16,000 nt of DNA from Candidatus Sororendozoicomonas aggregata. Its GTDB lineage: Bacteria; Pseudomonadota; Gammaproteobacteria; Pseudomonadales; Endozoicomonadaceae. The translations under genes and the position numbers were made by a program. The notes beneath the pieces are model-generated. The model had not been told where the DNA came from, did not search any database, and worked only from the letters and a program-made list of their open reading frames with translations. Below are positions 12,622 through 16,000 of this stretch, piece by piece. The DNA is taken from positions 21,096 through 37,095 of the forward strand of contig NZ_JAVLSP010000034.1 of NCBI RefSeq assembly GCF_031528575.1, given 5' to 3'. How positions within the stretch are numbered: the stretch's first letter is position 1; each line of letters starts with the position of its first letter.

Positions 12622-12640
12622 AAAGCGGTTATGCCAAAGC

Positions 12641-13000
12641 TCAGGCAGCCAGAGCGGTTTTCGCTTTTTCCACCAGCTGGCCGAAGACAGCCTTCTCATG
12701 AACAGCCAGATCAGCCAATACCTTACGGTCGATTTCAATCGCAGATTTTTTCAAACCAGCGATAAAGCGGCTGTACGACAGACCGTTCATACGTGCGCCC
12801 GCATTGATACGGGCAATCCACAGGGCGCGGAACTGACGTTTACGCTGACGGCGGTCACGGTAAGCGTACTGACCGGCTTTGGTCACCGCTTGCTTGGCGA
12901 CGCGGAATACACGCGAACGCGCGCCGTAGTAACCTTTAGCCTGCTTGAGAACTTTTTTATGTCGACGACGTGCAATGACGCCACGCTTGACGCGAGCCAT
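12641..13000 (-). CDS. rplT: 50S ribosomal protein L20
   Basis: [39 protein letters not shown]... is unmistakably L20. GGAG lies 8 nt upstream of the ATG. Confidence 0.97.
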   Translation of the reverse strand: MARVKRGVIARRRHKKVLKQAKGYYGARSRVFRVAKQAVTKAGQYAYRDRRQRKRQFRALWIARINAGARMNGLSYSRFIAGLKKSAIEIDRKVLADLAVHEKAVFGQLVEKAKTALAA

Positions 13001-13031
13001 GAGTTATCTCCTGAAAATGAGTGAAAGCGAA

Positions 13032-13223
13032 TCAGTCACGCAGCATACGCTTGACGAGGCCCGTGTCGGCTGGGGATACCATAGAAGTACCCCTCAGTTG
13101 ACGCTTACGCTTGGTAGTCATCTTGGTCAGGATGTGACTCTTGAACGCCCCTTTACGCTTGTAGCCAGAAGCTGTTTTCTTGAAACGCTTCGCGGCCCCA
13201 CTGTTGGTTTTCATCTTAGGCAT
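13032..13223 (-). CDS. rpmI: 50S ribosomal protein L35
   Basis: [45 protein letters not shown] matches L35 (E. coli [17 protein letters not shown]...). ATG 13223 has GGAG 8 nt upstream. The listed start 13232 is a GTG three codons upstream. Confidence 0.95.
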   Translation of the reverse strand: MPKMKTNSGAAKRFKKTASGYKRKGAFKSHILTKMTTKRKRQLRGTSMVSPADTGLVKRMLRD

Positions 13224-13291
13224 GAAAAACACTCCGCATTTGGGTCATCCCTCAGGATGCCGAAATAGTTTAATCACACAGTAACCCTTAT

Positions 13292-13325
13292 AAAAAACCG
13301 CCTTACGCCGGGTGGGCGTTAAGCC
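13292..13325 (-). terminator. Hairpin plus T6 tract in the infC-rpmI spacer (attenuator or terminator-like, possibly part of the rpmI-rplT leader)
   Basis: The minus strand reads GGCTTAACGCC-CACCC-GGCGTAAG-GCGG-TTTTTT. The stem is 8 bp with one bulged A. The T-tract is offset by 4 nt, so the call is weak. Confidence 0.3.
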
Positions 13326-13358
13326 AGTCTTTTAGCGCTTTCTCAAAGAAAAAGGGAG

Positions 13359-13901
13359 TTACTTCTTCTTTTTCGGGGCAATCACCATGATGAGCTGACG
13401 GCCTTCCATTTTAGGGAACTGTTCCACAGTACCGACATCAGTCAGGTCATCTTGAACCCGTTTCATCAGTGCCATGCCCAGCTCCTGGTGAGCCATCTCG
13501 CGACCACGGTAGCGAAGGGAAACCTTCGCCTTGTTGCCCTCAGTCAGGAAACGTATCAGGTTGCGCAGTTTGACCTGATAATCTCCATCTTCAGTGCCCG
13601 GGCGAAACTTCACTTCTTTCACCTGGGTTTGAACCTGTTTTTTCTTTGCCGCTGTTTTCTGTTTCTTGGCTTCGTACTGGTGCTTGCCAAAGTCCAGGAT
13701 CTTACAGACGGGCGGTTCGCTGGTTGCGTTAATCTCAACCAAATCCAGCCCTGCTTCCTGGGCCATCTCCAGCGCGACGCGTAAATCCACCACGCCAACC
13801 TGATCACCCTCAACACCAATCAAGCGGACTTCTTTGGCGCGAATATTTTCATTGATCGGCGCTTTTTGATGACGACGATCACGGAAGCTGTTACGTCTGA
13901 T
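13359..13901 (-). CDS. infC: Translation initiation factor IF-3, with a probable non-AUG (AUC) start
   Basis: ...[23 protein letters not shown]...[45 protein letters not shown]... is colinear with E. coli IF3. In-frame ATC at 13901 lies 8 nt after AGGAG (13914..13910) and gives a 180-aa product, the E. coli length. An alternative ATG at 13928 gives 189 aa. The listed start 13976 is unlikely. Confidence 0.9.
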   Translation of the reverse strand: MRRNSFRDRRHQKAPINENIRAKEVRLIGVEGDQVGVVDLRVALEMAQEAGLDLVEINATSEPPVCKILDFGKHQYEAKKQKTAAKKKQVQTQVKEVKFRPGTEDGDYQVKLRNLIRFLTEGNKAKVSLRYRGREMAHQELGMALMKRVQDDLTDVGTVEQFPKMEGRQLIMVIAPKKKK

Positions 13902-14026
13902 AGGGATATCTCCTGTATAATCAACCATAAGCAAGACGACTTGTTGAACAATAACGATAAAGCCGTCGTACCACAAGCAAGCATCAGCGAAAGATCAAAA
14001 AAAGATCAGCGAATGCTACTGTTTTT

Positions 14027-14061
14027 GTCTTTTCTGTACCTGTGTATAGCACAGAAAAGAC
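14027..14061 (-). other. Perfect 11-bp-stem hairpin 14 nt downstream of the thrS stop
   Basis: GTCTTTTCTGT-(13 nt)-ACAGAAAAGAC. On the thrS strand it is followed by an A-rich rather than a T-rich run, so it is not a canonical intrinsic terminator. Confidence 0.35.
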
Positions 14062-14074
14062 CGTGTTTTCCGCC

Positions 14075-16000
14075 TCAAGGTCTATGACAACCTTTTTTAC
14101 TGACATCGGCCTTGAGCATGTCAATAAAAGCCTGTATTGACATCACCCCCTTGTCTTCGCCTGTTCGGGTTCGTACCGCGACGTTACCATTTTGAGACTC
14201 TTTGTCGCCAACGATGATCAGGTAAGGGGTCTTCATTAAGGTATGTTCGCGGATTTTAAAGCCGATCTTCTCGTTTCTCAAGTCTGCTTTGGCTCTAAAT
14301 CCGTTTTCTGATAAAGATTTTTGCAATTGCAGGGCGTATTCACCCTGACGGTCGGTAATATTCAGAATCGACACCTGCGTGGGGGCTAACCATGCGGGCA
14401 TCGCTCCTTCAAAGTGTTCAATGAGAATACCGATAAACCGCTCAAAAGAGCCAAGAATCGCCCGGTGAAGCATAACAGGCGTTTTGCGCCCGCCGGTTTC
14501 ATCCACATACTCAGCGCCTAAACGTCCGGGCATGGAAAAATCCACCTGTATGGTACCACATTGCCAAACCCGACCGATACAGTCTTTCAGGGAGAACTCT
14601 ATTTTCGGGCCATAGAAGGCACCTTCACCGGGCAGTTCCTCCCAGGGCAGCCCTTGAGTGTCCAGTGCTTTTGCCAGGGATTTCTCCGCTTTGTCCCAGA
14701 TTTCATCTGACCCCACACGCTGTTCAGGGCGCGTTGACAGTTTATACATCAGGCTAGCGCGATCAAAGCCCATGTCATCATAGACTTCATGGAGAAAATC
14801 AATAAAATCAGCCACTTCCTGCTGAATCTGATCTTCTGTCACAAAGATATGGGCGTCATCCTGAGTAAAGCCCCGCACGCGCATAATCCCATGCAAAGCA
14901 CCTGAAGGCTCGTTGCGGTGACAGGAACCAAACTCTGCCAGACGCAGCGGCAAGTCACGGTAGCTTTTCAGCCCCTGATTAAACACCTGCACATGACACG
15001 GGCAGTTCATGGGCTTCACCGCCATGTCTTTGTTTTCAGAATGGGTGGTGAACATGTCATCTTTGAACTTGTCCCAATGCCCGGATTTTTCCCACAATGT
15101 CCGCTCCACCAGCTGGGGCGTTTTGATTTCCCGGTAGCCATGGGTAATCTGCTTACGGCGCATGTACTGCTCCAGCTCCTGGTAAATCGCCCAGCCGTCA
15201 GGGTGCCAGAATACCATGCCTGGCGCTTCTTCCTGCATATGGAACAGGTCAAGCTTTTTACCGAGTTTTCGGTGGTCACGTTTTTCAGCTTCTTCTAGGC
15301 GGAGCAGGTAGGATTTCAGCGCCTTTTTATCTTCCCAGGCAGTGCCATAAATGCGGGTCAGCATTTCGTTATTGGCATCACCCCGCCAGTACGCACCGGC
15401 AACACGCATCAGCTTAAAAGCCTTCAACTTGCCCGTGGAAGGGACATGGGGACCACGGCACAAGTCCATCCAGTCTCCCTGGCGGTACACCGAGATCTCT
15501 TCTGATGCAGGCAGGTCATTAATGATCTCAACCTTATACGTTTCACCCATAGCCTTAAAAGCGTCTACCGCTTCTTCACGGGTCATCACCAAACGATCTA
15601 TCGGGAGGTCTTGCTTCGCCAGCTCCCCCATACGTTTTTCAATTTTGGTCAGGTCTTCTGGCGTAAACGGGCGCTCGTAAGCAAAGTCGTAGTAGAATCC
15701 GTTGTCGATAACAGGGCCAATGGTAACCTGTGCGCCAGGGTACAAATCCTGCGCCGCCATAGCTAACAAGTGCGCCGTGGAGTGACGGATCACTTCGACC
15801 CCCTCTTCATCACGCGCGGTAATAATTGAGAGTTTCGCGTCATCAGATATGCGCGTGCTGGCATCCACCAACTCACCGTTTATACGACCAGCCAATGTTG
15901 CTTTGGCCAAACCCGGACCAATATCCTGAGCAACCTCCATCACGGAAACGGCGTCGGCAAATTCACGTTTGCTGCCATCGGGAAGTGAAATTACAGGCAT
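14075..16000 (-). CDS. thrS: Threonine--tRNA ligase (complete)
   Basis: The 641-aa ORF begins [34 protein letters not shown] (E. coli [34 protein letters not shown]). It carries class II core motifs, for example [30 protein letters not shown]. The start ATG is the last codon of the window (15998..16000). Confidence 0.97.
   Translation of the reverse strand: MPVISLPDGSKREFADAVSVMEVAQDIGPGLAKATLAGRINGELVDASTRISDDAKLSIITARDEEGVEVIRHSTAHLLAMAAQDLYPGAQVTIGPVIDNGFYYDFAYERPFTPEDLTKIEKRMGELAKQDLPIDRLVMTREEAVDAFKAMGETYKVEIINDLPASEEISVYRQGDWMDLCRGPHVPSTGKLKAFKLMRVAGAYWRGDANNEMLTRIYGTAWEDKKALKSYLLRLEEAEKRDHRKLGKKLDLFHMQEEAPGMVFWHPDGWAIYQELEQYMRRKQITHGYREIKTPQLVERTLWEKSGHWDKFKDDMFTTHSENKDMAVKPMNCPCHVQVFNQGLKSYRDLPLRLAEFGSCHRNEPSGALHGIMRVRGFTQDDAHIFVTEDQIQQEVADFIDFLHEVYDDMGFDRASLMYKLSTRPEQRVGSDEIWDKAEKSLAKALDTQGLPWEELPGEGAFYGPKIEFSLKDCIGRVWQCGTIQVDFSMPGRLGAEYVDETGGRKTPVMLHRAILGSFERFIGILIEHFEGAMPAWLAPTQVSILNITDRQGEYALQLQKSLSENGFRAKADLRNEKIGFKIREHTLMKTPYLIIVGDKESQNGNVAVRTRTGEDKGVMSIQAFIDMLKADVSKKGCHRP

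Noticed and set aside
12478-13268. ORFs 12478..12738 (-), 12698..13024 (+) and 12945..13268 (+) around rplT and rpmI.
   Set aside because: They overlap the unmistakable L20 and L35 genes or the rplT terminator. No Phe-rich pheM-like leader peptide was found downstream of rplT either.
13452-15680. ORFs overlapping infC and thrS on either strand (13452..13784, 13619..13819, 13866..14087, 14918..15298, 15016..15279, 15351..15680), and the listed infC start at 13976.
   Set aside because: They are shadow ORFs of highly conserved genes. The 13976 start would add about 25 non-conserved residues to IF3.

Overview
This window looks like gammaproteobacterial chromosome. That judgement rests on by-eye similarity of ThrRS, IF3, L35, L20 and SrmB to the E. 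coli proteins. A host-associated marine lineage is only a guess.

Ordinary content:
- the 3' part of an Fe-dependent alcohol dehydrogenase (3..536, +)
- a likely IS4/Tn5-like transposase remnant
- a small orphan ORF (782..1045, +)
- an SrmB-like DEAD-box helicase (9355..10683, +)
- an overlapping cytochrome b562 / cytochrome b561-family pair (11005..11926, -)
- the complete thrS-infC-rpmI-rplT operon (12641..16000, -)

The outstanding content is a tandemly duplicated segment of about 7.8 kb (about 1368..9166). It carries two paralogous giant genes, 1681..4725 (1014 aa) and 5365..8889 (1174 aa). Each encodes a signal peptide, a ~245-aa domain of unknown function and an array of LDL-receptor class A (LDLa) calcium-cage modules (14 and 18). 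These are followed by an N-x-S/T-rich stalk, one transmembrane helix and a short basic tail. This is the layout of a metazoan type I receptor encoded in a bacterial locus.

The modules are a non-canonical Cys-reduced LDLa variant. The arrays show very recent in-frame duplications of 171, 108, 276 and 18 bp.

Two families of YTAG-flanked palindromic MITE-like elements (about 168 bp and 84 bp) and their relics are scattered through the window. One sits exactly on the stop codon of the second LDLa gene. One separates srmB from its terminator. Two fill the junction of the tandem duplication. Two occupy the position after rplT where pheST normally follows.

All domain calls are by-eye motif recognition. 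No searches were run.
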